From positions 64,141 to 128,140 of the forward strand of contig JAJDAT010000037.1 in assembly GCA_029261715.1 (NCBI GenBank): a stretch of DNA of 64,000 nucleotides. Direction: 5' to 3'. This DNA is from Nitrospinia bacterium. Its GTDB lineage: Bacteria; Nitrospinota; Nitrospinia; Nitrospinales; JAJDAT01. Below, in pieces: positions 36,187 through 47,314 of this stretch. Under the pieces are notes generated by a model that was not told the origin of the DNA, did no database searches, and saw only the letters and a list, made by a program, of their open reading frames with translations. A program made the translations under genes and the position numbers. Every line of letters begins with the position of its first letter. Position 1 is the stretch's first letter.

Positions 36187-39100
36187 ATGAAATCAACACC
36201 ACCAATCGAACCCGAAAATTCGGAAATCCAATCTAACAAGAAACTAAAACAAGCGGTAATCGTTTTTCTAGTTGGCGTTTTAATTCTTGTCTCGCTTAGC
36301 GAATTTCTTATCTATCGTGTTATCGAAACTCAAAAAAGTGGAGCCCATATTATAAACATCGCGGGTCGCCAAAGAATGCTGAGTCAACAACTGGGCAAAG
36401 CCATACTTCAATTTCAAATCACTACACCTGCCTCAGAAAGATTAAAAACTAAAGCTAGAATAGAACATATAATTAATCTCTTGCAACGCGTTCACTATGG
36501 CCTCCAGCAAGGCAATCAAGAATTAAACCTTACGCAAAAACCAGGTCCTAAAATCCTTAGGCTTTTTTTAGAAATAAATCCTGTTTTCTCAAAAATAGAA
36601 ACCATTACTAAAGAACTCATTATTTTGCCGTCATCCGGCGAAGATCTATCTAATAACGCCATAGTTCTTCTGGATCAGCTTGATTTATTTTTAAATCAGA
36701 TGAATCAAATAGTGAATCAATACGAAAGTGAACATACCAAAAATCAAAATTTTCTGAGCTTAATTGAACCCATTAAATTTATCTTTTTAGTGAGTTCTTT
36801 AATAGGGATCAGTTTTTTTATTTTGTTTCCCGCCATTAGGAAAAATTCGGAAGTGTTCAACAAAATGAAGGAGACAGAAGAAGAGTTGATCGCAAAAAAA
36901 CAAGACTTAGAAAAATGGACTTCGAATCTTGAAAGCATTGTCGAAAAACGCGCCAATGAAATCAACTTACTAAGAGAAATAGCGATCGAAATTCAAAATG
37001 AAACGGATTTTAATCAAGCTCTTCAAAAATGTTTGGATATCGTGTGTGGTCATATAAATTGGCCCGTTGGCCACGCTTATTTAACAGAAGGCAATAATAT
37101 CTTGGTACCTAGTAAATTTTGGTACATTCAAAATCCGATACGTTACAAAAAATTTAAAGAAATGACAGAAAAAACCTCATTTCAACTGGGCGAAGGGCTG
37201 CCTGGAGAAGCATTGAGGGACCGGAAAGTTGTCTGGTTTGATAATGTCCAGGAAGCGACTAATTTCCCACGAAATAAGATGGTGGGGGATTTGTTAATCC
37301 AATCAGGTTTTGCAGTTCCTATCCAAAATGAAACTGGGAAAGTATTAGCCGTATTGGAATTCTTTAACGACCAAACAGAAAAATGCGATACAAGCTTAGT
37401 TCATGCGATGGAAAACTTGAACATTCAATTTCAGCAAGCCCGAGCCCGTCTTCAAAAAGACGGTATGATGCGCACACTCATAGACAATATTCCCGATGGT
37501 ATTATTACCGTTAATGGTAGTGGCTCTATCGTTTCATTCAACCCAGCCGCAGAAAAAATGTTTGGCTTCTCTTCCGGGCAAATAATAGGAAAAAATATAA
37601 AGAGGCTGATCCCAACTCGTTACTATTCTGATTATGAGTTTTCGCTAAAAAAGCTTCTAGAAACAGAAACTGATATTAGCGGAGTTCGCAATGAATTAAT
37701 CGGCGTAAGAGAGAGTGGAAACGAATTCCCGTGTGAATTAGGAATTTCAGTAGTTTGGACCGATGAGCAAAAATTATTTACTGGAACAATTAGGGATATA
37801 ACGGAAAGAAAACAAAAAGAAAACGAACTTGAGAAAGCTAAATTGGAAGCGGAATCGTCGAATCAAACTAAAAGCATTTTTTTAGCAAATATGAGTCACG
37901 AAATTCGAACTCCAATGAACGCTATTTTGGGATATTCACAAATATTATTACGTAATAAAAACCTTGCGACCGAACAAAAAGAAGCTCTTCAAACAATTTC
38001 CGTAAATGGCGAAAACTTATTAAGCTTAATCAACGATATTCTTAATTTATCTAAGATAAATACAGATGACACGGAATTAAATTCAGTCGATTTTTATTTG
38101 GAAGAACTTTTGGAAGGGTTAAAAGTTAAATTTCAAACCATGTGTGAACAAAAAGGCATTTACCTCCAAATTGAAGGCATTGAAAAATCCTTACCTGTTC
38201 ATGGCGACGAAACTAAATTACGACAAATTCTTTCAAACTTAATCGAAAACTCAGTAAAATTTACTCAACAGGGAGGAGTCCTTGTAAAAATAATTAAAGA
38301 AGCAAACGACCAGTATCAATTTGTCGTAAAAGATTCAGGAAAAGGGATTCCTACAGAAGGACAATCGAAAATCTTTGATCCATTCCGACAAGAGACTGAT
38401 GGAGAAGCTAAAGGTGGCGCTGGCCTGGGATTGGCCATTTGTAAAAAACATGTGGAAGTTTTAGGAGGCGAAATCACCTTTGATTCTATTATTGGAAAAG
38501 GTTCTAGTTTTTATTTTACTCTTCACCTACCCAGCGCGAAGAAAGAAGTTGTAAAGCGAGTTGATCGAAACAAAACTGTTGTCGCTTTAAAACCAGGGTG
38601 TAAGATCAAAGCTCTTATTGTTGACGATAAAAAGGAAGACAGAGACGTATTGGCAAAGCTATTGTCTGACGTCGGAATACAATCTTTCCAAGCTTCAAAT
38701 GGGAATGACGCTGTTTCCCTCTTTAAAGAAAAGCTTCCCGATATCGTCTTCATGGACATTCGAATGCCTATTATGAGTGGCGCGGAAACCATTAACTTAT
38801 TAAACCAAGAAGACTCTCTTAAATCTTTAAAAACCATTGTAGTATCCGCCTATTTATCCAAAAAGGAAAAAACTCAATACTCTAAATTAGGGTGTGAAGA
38901 GTTTATTCTCAAACCCTTTCGGGCGGAACATGTGTTTACAAGCATTCAAAAATTAATTAACGTTGAATTTGAATACGAAGAAGAATACGCAGGAATTGAA
39001 ACGACTATTGAGGAAATAGATTACTCTCAAGTTTCAATTTCTAAAGATTTATTCAAGCAACTTTTAGAAGCAGCCGATTTAAACAACATTACTCAGATTG

Positions 39101-39237
39101 AAGAAGGTCTAAATACGTTTATACCTCGAACCACTGCCGAAGAAGCTTTTTTAAAGACACTAAAAACTCATGCAAAGACTTATGACATGCAAAGCTTTGG
39201 ACAAATCTTAAATAAATTAAATATATCGTCCAATTAG
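36187..39237 (+). CDS. Hybrid sensor histidine kinase (PilJ/NarX-type N-terminal sensor, TM, GAF, PAS, HisKA, HATPase, REC, conserved C-terminal module)
   Basis: INIAGRQRMLSQQLGKA (PilJ-N/NarX P-box-like). The GAF-like region has GEGLPGEA. H-box SHEIRTPMNAILGY. REC LIVDD...DIVFMDIRMPIMSG...KPF. Confidence 0.9.
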   Translation: MKSTPPIEPENSEIQSNKKLKQAVIVFLVGVLILVSLSEFLIYRVIETQKSGAHIINIAGRQRMLSQQLGKAILQFQITTPASERLKTKARIEHIINLLQRVHYGLQQGNQELNLTQKPGPKILRLFLEINPVFSKIETITKELIILPSSGEDLSNNAIVLLDQLDLFLNQMNQIVNQYESEHTKNQNFLSLIEPIKFIFLVSSLIGISFFILFPAIRKNSEVFNKMKETEEELIAKKQDLEKWTSNLESIVEKRANEINLLREIAIEIQNETDFNQALQKCLDIVCGHINWPVGHAYLTEGNNILVPSKFWYIQNPIRYKKFKEMTEKTSFQLGEGLPGEALRDRKVVWFDNVQEATNFPRNKMVGDLLIQSGFAVPIQNETGKVLAVLEFFNDQTEKCDTSLVHAMENLNIQFQQARARLQKDGMMRTLIDNIPDGIITVNGSGSIVSFNPAAEKMFGFSSGQIIGKNIKRLIPTRYYSDYEFSLKKLLETETDISGVRNELIGVRESGNEFPCELGISVVWTDEQKLFTGTIRDITERKQKENELEKAKLEAESSNQTKSIFLANMSHEIRTPMNAILGYSQILLRNKNLATEQKEALQTISVNGENLLSLINDILNLSKINTDDTELNSVDFYLEELLEGLKVKFQTMCEQKGIYLQIEGIEKSLPVHGDETKLRQILSNLIENSVKFTQQGGVLVKIIKEANDQYQFVVKDSGKGIPTEGQSKIFDPFRQETDGEAKGGAGLGLAICKKHVEVLGGEITFDSIIGKGSSFYFTLHLPSAKKEVVKRVDRNKTVVALKPGCKIKALIVDDKKEDRDVLAKLLSDVGIQSFQASNGNDAVSLFKEKLPDIVFMDIRMPIMSGAETINLLNQEDSLKSLKTIVVSAYLSKKEKTQYSKLGCEEFILKPFRAEHVFTSIQKLINVEFEYEEEYAGIETTIEEIDYSQVSISKDLFKQLLEAADLNNITQIEEGLNTFIPRTTAEEAFLKTLKTHAKTYDMQSFGQILNKLNISSN

Positions 39238-39590
39238 AATTTTCAAACCTGATTTAAAAATGATGGTTGCCAGTTTATACCACCTTTCCAAAATACGATC
39301 CCTAAGCAGAAGATAATTTCTCACTCACTTCTATTAGCTCTACCAGTTCTCTTAAAAATAAGTTTTTAGTTTTTTAGCTATTTCAAAATTTGTCGCAATT
39401 CCTCTCCCCGAGCCATTCCTATAACCGTAACGCTTTCACCTTAGCGTCAGAAAAAATCTAAAAGCCAAAAAATTCAATAGTTACTTGGAAGTAACTAATT
39501 GTTTTTTAATTTTCACCAGTTATAATTTTTTAAAAGAATAAGCCTGAAGGGAATCGTTAAATTTGAAAAACTACACTTAAGGAACAATTC

Positions 39591-40211
39591 ATGGAATTTT
39601 CAAATATTATTCAACAACGCCGCAGTGTTAAATCTTACGCGCCTGAAAAAGAAATTACTGATGCCGAACTCGCAGAACTTTTTCAAGAGGTCATATTAAC
39701 TCCCAGTTCTTTCAACCTTCAACACTGGATGTTTATTGCCGTAAAATCCCCTGAAAACAAAAAAAAGTTAAAAGAGGCCGCATGGAATCAACAACAAGTT
39801 GAAGATTGTTCTGTAGCTTTATTGGTGTGCGGTAAACTGGACGCATATAAGGACGCAGCCGAAATATATAAAAACGCGCCGCAACAAGTTCAAGATAATG
39901 TGGTGCCTATGATCAATAATTTTTATGAAGGTAAAGAACAATTGCAACGTGACGAAGCTATTCGTAGCGCCTCTCTAGCGGCTATGACTTTAATGTATGC
40001 GGCAAAAAACCGAGGTTGGGCTACGGGGCCTATGATTGGGTTTGATCCGGAGGCGGCATCTAAGCTATTAAAGCTCCCTGAAAACTATATTCCCGTTATG
40101 TTAATTGTTATGGGTTATCAAAAAGACGAACCAAGGTCGCGCGATGGACGGAGATCTATTGAAGAAGTAGTAAAGCTTGATTCTATTGATGGTCCTGGAC
40201 TTAAAGCTTAG
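39591..40211 (+). CDS. Nitroreductase-family protein
   Basis: RRSVKSY, PSSFNLQHW and GPMIGFD blocks; 206 aa. Confidence 0.85.
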   Translation: MEFSNIIQQRRSVKSYAPEKEITDAELAELFQEVILTPSSFNLQHWMFIAVKSPENKKKLKEAAWNQQQVEDCSVALLVCGKLDAYKDAAEIYKNAPQQVQDNVVPMINNFYEGKEQLQRDEAIRSASLAAMTLMYAAKNRGWATGPMIGFDPEAASKLLKLPENYIPVMLIVMGYQKDEPRSRDGRRSIEEVVKLDSIDGPGLKA

Positions 40212-40241
40212 GTTAATGGATGTAAACTTTCTTATAGTACT

Positions 40242-41153
40242 TTAGCCAAAACTCAGTTTGAATTGTTTATGCAGTTCTTTTTTATAGACCATCTCCATAG
40301 CTTGCGTTCCATTCAAATTCCCTTCGCCTTTTGGAAACGATTCCGCAACAGATTTGAATAATTCCTGCGATAATTCCAGCCCAGGCAAACCTTCTTTTCC
40401 TGAAAGCTCTTCATTTATTAAACGAAGATCTTTTAAAATATCCTTCACTCTAAACCCTGCCGAATAATCGGAATCGATCATTTTCGGTCCTAAATTTGAT
40501 AACGCCCAAGATCCTGCCGCTCCCGTACTACAAATTTCCACCACCAGCTTTGGATCAACATCCAAAATCTTTGCCAACCTCATCGACTCCGATAAAGCGA
40601 CCATGTGAATGGCGCAAAGATTTTGATTGATCAATTTAACGCCTTGTCCACTTCCTATCGGGCCACAGTGATGAATATTTTTCCCCATGGTTTTAAGAAC
40701 TGGTAAAGCTTCTTCAAAATCCTTTGCATCGCCTCCAACCATTATTGTTAAATTTCCATTCTGGGCGCCAATGTCGCCTCCCGAAACGGGAGCGTCTAAA
40801 AACTTTAATCCGCAGTCCTTTAATCTATCCCCTATGGACTGTGCCGCTTTAATTCCAATAGTGCTTAAATCGATTACTATTGCGCCCTTTTTCGCACACT
40901 CTGAAACTCCACCTTTTCCTAATAAAACTTCTTCAACATCTGAGACATCAGAAACACAAGTTAAAATAAAATCAGCGTCTTTTACCGCTTGAGAAATCGA
41001 ATTGGCGCCAATACATCCTGCATCAATCGCTGACCTTACGCTTGGCCGATCAGCCGTTCGGTTCCAAATTGAAGTTTGAAGTCCACCTTTCACCATATTT
41101 GAAGCCATTGGACTTCCCATAACTCCCATTCCCAAAAAAGCACATTTAGACAT
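40242..41153 (-). CDS. NAD(P)-dependent oxidoreductase of the 3-hydroxyisobutyrate/6-phosphogluconate dehydrogenase family
   Basis: N-terminal AFLGMGVMGSPMASNM Rossmann motif, DAPVSGG, and GSGQGVKLINQ. Confidence 0.85.
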   Translation of the reverse strand: MSKCAFLGMGVMGSPMASNMVKGGLQTSIWNRTADRPSVRSAIDAGCIGANSISQAVKDADFILTCVSDVSDVEEVLLGKGGVSECAKKGAIVIDLSTIGIKAAQSIGDRLKDCGLKFLDAPVSGGDIGAQNGNLTIMVGGDAKDFEEALPVLKTMGKNIHHCGPIGSGQGVKLINQNLCAIHMVALSESMRLAKILDVDPKLVVEICSTGAAGSWALSNLGPKMIDSDYSAGFRVKDILKDLRLINEELSGKEGLPGLELSQELFKSVAESFPKGEGNLNGTQAMEMVYKKELHKQFKLSFG

Positions 41154-41230
41154 TACAACACCTTATTCAAAATTTAAAAATTAGACGCTATTTAGTTTTT
41201 TAGTTTTCATATTGAAGAAATAGAATTGCC

Positions 41231-42661
41231 TCAAGGGACTTCTTCCACCCAAATCATATTAGTTCCCTTGGCGATACCTGGAGGGTTACCAGTGGTAATG
41301 ACTACCCTTTGCCCTGAAAATAAAATTTTCCTTTTTTTCAAAGCTCTAAAAACATCTTTTAAGTTATTCAAAAACTGATGTTCGTCGGAAACTAAATTAG
41401 GAATAACGCCTCTCAATAAACTCATCTTCCGAGCTCGCTTCAAACTCGAAGTGTAAGCGATAATCGGAACCATTGGGCGAGGTCCTGCTACGTTGCTCGC
41501 CGTCGAACCTGTATTGGTAAAAATCAGCAACGCCTGCGCTTTTAACAAAGCCACAAGATTATTAGCGGTATAGGAGATCCCATCACTGATAGAAGGCGGA
41601 TCGTCATGTATAAAATGATCCCAAGGTAAGATTGCTTTATGATCTCGTTGGTAATTTTCCTGTGTCTTTGCGGTTTTATCCATTACTTCGACGGCTCCTC
41701 TGGGATATTTGCCTACAGCGGTTTCTCCTGAAAGCATAATCCCATCAGTACACCCCATCACAGCTTGAGCGATGTCTGAAACTTCGGCGCGTGTCGGACG
41801 GTGATTGGTAATCATAGTCTCTAACATTTGAGTCGCTACGATAACGGGTTTTTCATACCGCGCTCCCAATCGCAGAATATCTTGTTGAACTAAGGGAACT
41901 TCAGTTAATGGGATTTCAATTCCCAAATCTCCTCGGGCCACCATGATTGCATCTGTCGCTTGAATAATTTCTTCTAAGTTCTCTATGGCTTTTTTACGTT
42001 CAATCTTTGCGACAATTTCCGCTTCGCTCTTTGCTTTAACAATAAGTCTTCGAAGTTGATGAATATCAGCCGCCGAACTGACAAACGATAACGCAACGTA
42101 GTCAACTCCGGCTTGTAATCCAAATATCAAATCTTTTTTATCTTTTGGCGTTAAAGCTCCAGTTCGAATCACGGCATCTGGCATATTCAATCCTTTATGA
42201 TTGGATAGTTTGCCGCCAATTTCTACTTCTACTTCGACGCGTTTTCCATTTATTTTTTTGACGACAACACAAATGTTGCCGTCGTCCAGAAAGACTCGAC
42301 TGCCGGCCCTAACGTCTTCATGAAACTTTTGATACTGAATTGGCGCTAACCCTTTACGCCCAATGACCTTTTCCGTTGTAAAAACTAAACGCTCTCCTTT
42401 TTTTAGCTCGATAAAACCATTTTCAAATTTCCCAACACGCATTTTGGGTCCCTGTAGGTCGAATAAAATACCAATAAACGTATTTAATTCTTTTTCCGTT
42501 TCACGGATCCAATCAATCCATTGTTGCAAAGCTACATGATCGCCATGAGAAAGGTTCAAACGAAATAAATTAACCCCTGATTGAACCAAACCTTTGATAC
42601 CTTTTTTATTTGCGGTTCCTGGACCTAATGTAGCGATAATCTTTGTTAGTCGAGGTGTCAT
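41231..42661 (-). CDS. pyk: Pyruvate kinase
   Basis: TKIIATLGP, NLSHG, MVARGDLGIEIP, ATQMLESM-like ATQMLETM, MLSGETA. Confidence 0.95.
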   Translation of the reverse strand: MTPRLTKIIATLGPGTANKKGIKGLVQSGVNLFRLNLSHGDHVALQQWIDWIRETEKELNTFIGILFDLQGPKMRVGKFENGFIELKKGERLVFTTEKVIGRKGLAPIQYQKFHEDVRAGSRVFLDDGNICVVVKKINGKRVEVEVEIGGKLSNHKGLNMPDAVIRTGALTPKDKKDLIFGLQAGVDYVALSFVSSAADIHQLRRLIVKAKSEAEIVAKIERKKAIENLEEIIQATDAIMVARGDLGIEIPLTEVPLVQQDILRLGARYEKPVIVATQMLETMITNHRPTRAEVSDIAQAVMGCTDGIMLSGETAVGKYPRGAVEVMDKTAKTQENYQRDHKAILPWDHFIHDDPPSISDGISYTANNLVALLKAQALLIFTNTGSTASNVAGPRPMVPIIAYTSSLKRARKMSLLRGVIPNLVSDEHQFLNNLKDVFRALKKRKILFSGQRVVITTGNPPGIAKGTNMIWVEEVP

Positions 42662-42966
42662 GAGTCGCTTAAAGACCTATTTAAGTGGTTGAGCCAAGGA
42701 AATAAATACAACAAAATTTAATTTATAGAAAAGCGTAACCCTCAGCTGATTACTATAATTATACTACTTTGAAATAATTGAATTGCACTAAATGATTATA
42801 TTGTCAGCCACTTTGTGAGATTTTATTTGTTGGAAATTTCATGCTTAATTTGGATAATATTAGAAACTTCAGCGTTACGTCCTAAAAGCCCTAATAAACT
42901 TCTAACACTCAAATTCAACCGTTCGTTTTATTCTTTTAAGAATCAAAAGGATCTAGAAGGAAAATT

Positions 42967-44364
42967 GTGAAGTCGATCAATCCAAATATTTTTAGAGAGT
43001 CTGACATACGCGGCTTGGTAAAAACAGACCTAACGCCAGACCATGTAGAAAACATCGGCAAAGCCATTGGTACTTATTTAAAACGTCAAGGCGGCAAGGT
43101 ACTCACCGTCGGCAGAGACGTCCGAAACAGTTCTAAAAAGCTTAGAGATATCATCGTGCAGGGAGTTCTCTCAACCGGCTGCGATCTGAAAGACATCGGC
43201 GTTGTGCCAACCCCAGTTTCTTATTTTGCTCAGCACCACCTGGGAACTGACGGCGGCATTATGATTACAGGAAGTCACAACCCTTCGAGGTTTAATGGAT
43301 TCAAAATAAACGCAGGCGGCAATAGCTTATACGGCGATAAAATCCAAGAAATTTTCCGACTAATTATGAGTCAGAATTACGAGACTGGAAAAGGAACAAT
43401 TGGCCACATAGAAGTCGTCGATCCTTATATTGAGAAAATTTCCGAAATCATAACTATTCCACGAGAAATCAAACTAGCTGTCGACGGAGGCAATGGTTGT
43501 TTTGGAATTGTGGGACCGAGGTTATTTAAAAAACTAGGTTTAAAACCTATCGAAGTATTTTGCGATCCCGATGGAAACTTTCCGAATCATCATCCCGATC
43601 CAACAGTAGCGGAAAATTTACAAGATCTTATCCAAGTAGTCAAACGGGACGGGTGCGAACTAGGAATTGGATTTGACGGAGATGTTGATCGCATTGGCAC
43701 AGTCGACGAAACAGGGACTATATTGTGGGGCGATCAGCTTCTTACTATTTTTGCGAGAGAGATATTGAGCAAACACCCAGGAGCCACTATCGTTGGAGAA
43801 GTTAAATGCTCTCAAAACTTATTCCAGGACATAAAAAATCGAGGCGGCATTCCAGTTATGGCAGCAGCTGGCCATTCTCTTATTAAAAAGAAGATGAGAG
43901 AAACAAATGCATTATTAGCCGGAGAAATGAGCGGACACATTTTTTTCGCCGACAATTATTTTGGCTACGACGATGCAATGTTTGCAGCATGTAGATTACT
44001 TCAAATCATATCTACTTCCGACAAAAACCTTTCTGAAATGCTTTCCGATTTACCTAAAACTTTTAATACCCCCGAAATTAGAATCGAATGCCCAGACGAC
44101 CAAAAATTTGCTATCACTCGCGACATTGGAGAGTTTTTTAAAAGTAAATACGAAGTCATTGAAACCGACGGTTTTCGAATCAATTTCCCTCATGGCTGGG
44201 GTTTAATTCGCGCGTCTAATACACAGCCCGTTTTAGTATTAAGATTTGAGTCGCAGACTAAAGAGGGGTTGCGCGAAATTATGGAAACGGTAAACACAAA
44301 ACTTTTAAAGTACGATTGTTTTTCTTCTTTTGATCCGGAAGAGTACAATCATCTTTTCAATTAA
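42967..44364 (+). CDS. Phosphomannomutase/phosphoglucomutase (alpha-D-phosphohexomutase family), GTG start
   Basis: Active-site TGSHNP, metal loop FDGDVDR, and GEMSGH sugar-binding loop. Confidence 0.9.
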   Translation: MKSINPNIFRESDIRGLVKTDLTPDHVENIGKAIGTYLKRQGGKVLTVGRDVRNSSKKLRDIIVQGVLSTGCDLKDIGVVPTPVSYFAQHHLGTDGGIMITGSHNPSRFNGFKINAGGNSLYGDKIQEIFRLIMSQNYETGKGTIGHIEVVDPYIEKISEIITIPREIKLAVDGGNGCFGIVGPRLFKKLGLKPIEVFCDPDGNFPNHHPDPTVAENLQDLIQVVKRDGCELGIGFDGDVDRIGTVDETGTILWGDQLLTIFAREILSKHPGATIVGEVKCSQNLFQDIKNRGGIPVMAAAGHSLIKKKMRETNALLAGEMSGHIFFADNYFGYDDAMFAACRLLQIISTSDKNLSEMLSDLPKTFNTPEIRIECPDDQKFAITRDIGEFFKSKYEVIETDGFRINFPHGWGLIRASNTQPVLVLRFESQTKEGLREIMETVNTKLLKYDCFSSFDPEEYNHLFN

Positions 44365-44369
44365 AAAAA

Positions 44370-46373
44370 TTGCGTCCTATGAGATTAACTCAGTTCTACA
44401 ACTTATCACTTTTGGTTGTAATTTCAATCTCTCTTTTTCTGTTAAATAATTGCACTTCAGGTAAAAACCTCAAGCTGTCAAAAGTTGAATTTACCTCTAC
44501 CTCTATTCCTAATAATGTTGAAAATTTAAAAGAGCCCTATACTCGATCCTCAATACGCCAAACTTTTGAAAACGGATCAACCAAAGAAACTCGCTTAAAA
44601 TATAATGTTCTTTTTCGTTCTGGAGATTCTATAGGGCAAGGGATCGCAGGGGAAATTCAAAATATTAATGGTCAAACAATTCAAACCGGAATCGCTGAAA
44701 ATGGGACTCAAAACTTTAAGAGGAAATCCATATTCCCATCTGGTCCCGACGGTAACGCTCTCATTTCTATCCCAGGTTTTAAATCACCAAAAGTCTCCGG
44801 CAATCCACTTTTCCTGGTAACTCATTTTGAGCACCACCGCTGGACAGAGAACTCTAACCCTCAAAAACCACCATTCAACGCTAAAAACGATTTGCCAATG
44901 AGCATCGGTTTAACCCTTCTGGATCAAAACCCATTAACCGGCAAATTAAACGCAGTGGATACTCAAACAATCGACTCTAGTTCCACTTACGGTATTCGAT
45001 ATCCATGCGCCGCTTCGTTAAGTCCCTGGAACACCCATTTAGGAGGAGAAGAAGGAGAACCAAACGCCAAATGGTTCGAACGTAATCCTCTACCATCTAT
45101 GAATATATTTTTAAACTCTTTCAATAAAACAGTCAAAGAAGGCGGGGCCAACCCGTATGCTTACGGGTTCCCAATAGAAATATTTGTAAACGATCAAGGC
45201 GTTGCGGACATCAAAAAACGGTACGCAATGGGTAGAATAAGTTTAGAATTGCCTCTTGTAATGCCAGACGAAAAAACAGTTTATTTAACCGACGACGCTA
45301 AAGACGGCATTCGAACAATGTTCATAGCGGATAAGCCGCGTGATTTATCGTCCGGCACATTATACGCCGCCAAATGGCTCCAGAACCCTGACAGAAACGG
45401 CGGAACGGCTCATTTAAGATGGATAAAATTAGGGCACAGCAAAGAAAAAGAAATTCGAGAATTAATCGATCAAAGAATCGTATTTTCAGATATTTTTGAT
45501 TCTTTATCTTCCGGAACCTCAAACACAACTAGAGAAATATCAAATACGTTTCGACCTATTTTCGTTTACCAAGGCTTCACAGATAAATCGTATAAACCTG
45601 TCGGCGAATCCAAAATAAATCACATAAAGGTTAAGTCAGGAATGGAGAAAGCGGCAGCATTTTTAGAAACGCGGCGATACTCCGCATATCTTGGGGCTAC
45701 AACAGAATTCACAAAAATGGAAGGCCAAGCTTTAAATAAAAAAGACAAAAAAATTTACACGGCTATATCCTCTGCTGAGAAAGGAATGCTTAAAGGCAAA
45801 CACGGCGAACGTTTTCAAGACGATATTAGTTTAGACGGAAATCCAAAAGACCTTTCTTGTGGAATAATCTACGAAAGTGATTTAGCGGGCAAGGTTTTCG
45901 ATCAGCTAGGAAATCCTATAGAAAGCGAATGGATAGCGATTAACATGAACGCTCTAATACTTGGAAAAGAAAATATGAAAAAAAGTAAAGACAAGTGCGA
46001 CGTCGATGCTATAGCTAATCCTGACAATTTAAAATTTTCAGAAAGTATGCAAACCCTTTTTATTGGCGAAGATTCAAGTGGAAATCATTTAGCAGATTTT
46101 CTTTGGGCCTACTCTGTTGATTCTAAAAAATTAACGAGAATTCTAATCAGTCCAAAAAGTTCCGAACCCAGCGGCCTTCAAGCCACTACCAATTACAATG
46201 GGCACACCTACATAATGACAAACTTTCAAAGAGGTATTTTTCCTGAAAATTTTGCAAAAAAACAAAGCTCTGAAAAAGCCAACAAACTAGTTTCCGAAAC
46301 CGACCTTCGCGGTATCGTTGGCTACCTAGGCCCCATCCCCTTTCAACCCAGCGGAGAAAAAGACAACCAATGA
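44370..46373 (+). CDS. Lipoprotein, PhoX-like (DUF839) putative phosphatase
   Basis: Lipobox LLNNC. The C-terminal NPDNLKFSESMQTLFIGEDS resembles the PhoX/DUF839 (R/N)PDN...ED signature. Assignment is from memory only. Confidence 0.5.
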   Translation: MRPMRLTQFYNLSLLVVISISLFLLNNCTSGKNLKLSKVEFTSTSIPNNVENLKEPYTRSSIRQTFENGSTKETRLKYNVLFRSGDSIGQGIAGEIQNINGQTIQTGIAENGTQNFKRKSIFPSGPDGNALISIPGFKSPKVSGNPLFLVTHFEHHRWTENSNPQKPPFNAKNDLPMSIGLTLLDQNPLTGKLNAVDTQTIDSSSTYGIRYPCAASLSPWNTHLGGEEGEPNAKWFERNPLPSMNIFLNSFNKTVKEGGANPYAYGFPIEIFVNDQGVADIKKRYAMGRISLELPLVMPDEKTVYLTDDAKDGIRTMFIADKPRDLSSGTLYAAKWLQNPDRNGGTAHLRWIKLGHSKEKEIRELIDQRIVFSDIFDSLSSGTSNTTREISNTFRPIFVYQGFTDKSYKPVGESKINHIKVKSGMEKAAAFLETRRYSAYLGATTEFTKMEGQALNKKDKKIYTAISSAEKGMLKGKHGERFQDDISLDGNPKDLSCGIIYESDLAGKVFDQLGNPIESEWIAINMNALILGKENMKKSKDKCDVDAIANPDNLKFSESMQTLFIGEDSSGNHLADFLWAYSVDSKKLTRILISPKSSEPSGLQATTNYNGHTYIMTNFQRGIFPENFAKKQSSEKANKLVSETDLRGIVGYLGPIPFQPSGEKDNQ

Positions 46374-46924
46374 GTTTAAAATCATCCGTATTTATTGCAA
46401 CCAGCTTAGATGGATTCATTGCTAGAGTAGGCGGCGAACTTGATTGGCTTGACGCTTCAAATGCGACAGTTCCAGAGGGCGAAGATTGTGGCTATAACAG
46501 ATTTATGGAATCTATTGATATATTAGTAATGGGTCGGAAAACTTACGAGCAAGTTTCATCATTTGACAAATGGCCCTACGAAAACAAACCCGTAATAGTA
46601 TTGACTAGTAACAAAGTCGAGATTCCAAACGAATTAACCAAAACCGTTTCACAATCGTCAGAGTCGCCTAAAAAACTCCATGAGCGCTTATCAAAAGAAG
46701 GGGCACAACGTCTATACATTGACGGCGGCGTCACTATACAGCGGTTCCTCGCTGAAGGACTCATTGACGATCTCACTATTACAGTAATACCCATTATTTT
46801 AGGTAACGGTATTCCACTATTCGGAAACGGGAAAAAAGATATTTTGCTTAAATGTGTCGCCACCAAAAGTTATGATTTTGGTTTTGTTCAATCGACCTAT
46901 GAAGTACAAAAACACGTAGAATAA
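46370..46924 (+). CDS. Dihydrofolate reductase-family protein (RibD C-terminal domain type)
   Basis: VFIATSLDGFIA..GGELDWL, ILVMGRKTYE, LYIDGG. Its start overlaps the upstream stop (ATGA). Confidence 0.8.
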   Translation: MSLKSSVFIATSLDGFIARVGGELDWLDASNATVPEGEDCGYNRFMESIDILVMGRKTYEQVSSFDKWPYENKPVIVLTSNKVEIPNELTKTVSQSSESPKKLHERLSKEGAQRLYIDGGVTIQRFLAEGLIDDLTITVIPIILGNGIPLFGNGKKDILLKCVATKSYDFGFVQSTYEVQKHVE

Positions 46925-47196
46925 ATCCATTCGTTCCAATTGAAGATGAAGGCAGGCTGTACGATCCCAAAATTCGCAAAAACTTTATCGTCCGGGCATT
47001 TTGTTTTACGTTTAAAAACAGAGTTGTTAAATAAAAAAGCAGAACCAGAAATCCTCGTTAAATTTCACACCCAACATAAATTTCTCTTCCGTTAAAATAA
47101 GAAACTCCTTTTGCTCCCTCTTTAGAAGTCGCTTTGAATTGGTTAGCTACTACTTCTATCCTCTTAAAAATTAAAAAAAATTAATTTTTTTGGGGC

Positions 47197-47225
47197 TTGA
47201 CGAAACAAATAGAGGATTTTATTTT
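47197..47225 (+). promoter_or_regulatory. Candidate sigma70-type promoter for hsp20 (TTGACG-17 nt-TATTTT) behind an A/T-rich UP-like tract
   Basis: Read directly. There is no -10 resembling sigma32 CCCCATNT. Confidence 0.3.
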
Positions 47226-47314
47226 ATATTTAATTCCAAGAGATTTAAGCCTTGAGTGGTTTAACCTCATTAGGAATTTCCATCTTAATCTTTTTTTAGA
47301 AAGGAGGTCCTCTC

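Noticed and set aside
47226-47314. A ROSE/fourU-type RNA thermometer in the hsp20 5' leader.
   Set aside because: I could not draw a convincing hairpin that sequesters the AAAGGAGG SD. The complementary CCTCT lies only 1-2 nt downstream, too close to form a loop, and the upstream T-run pairing is weak.
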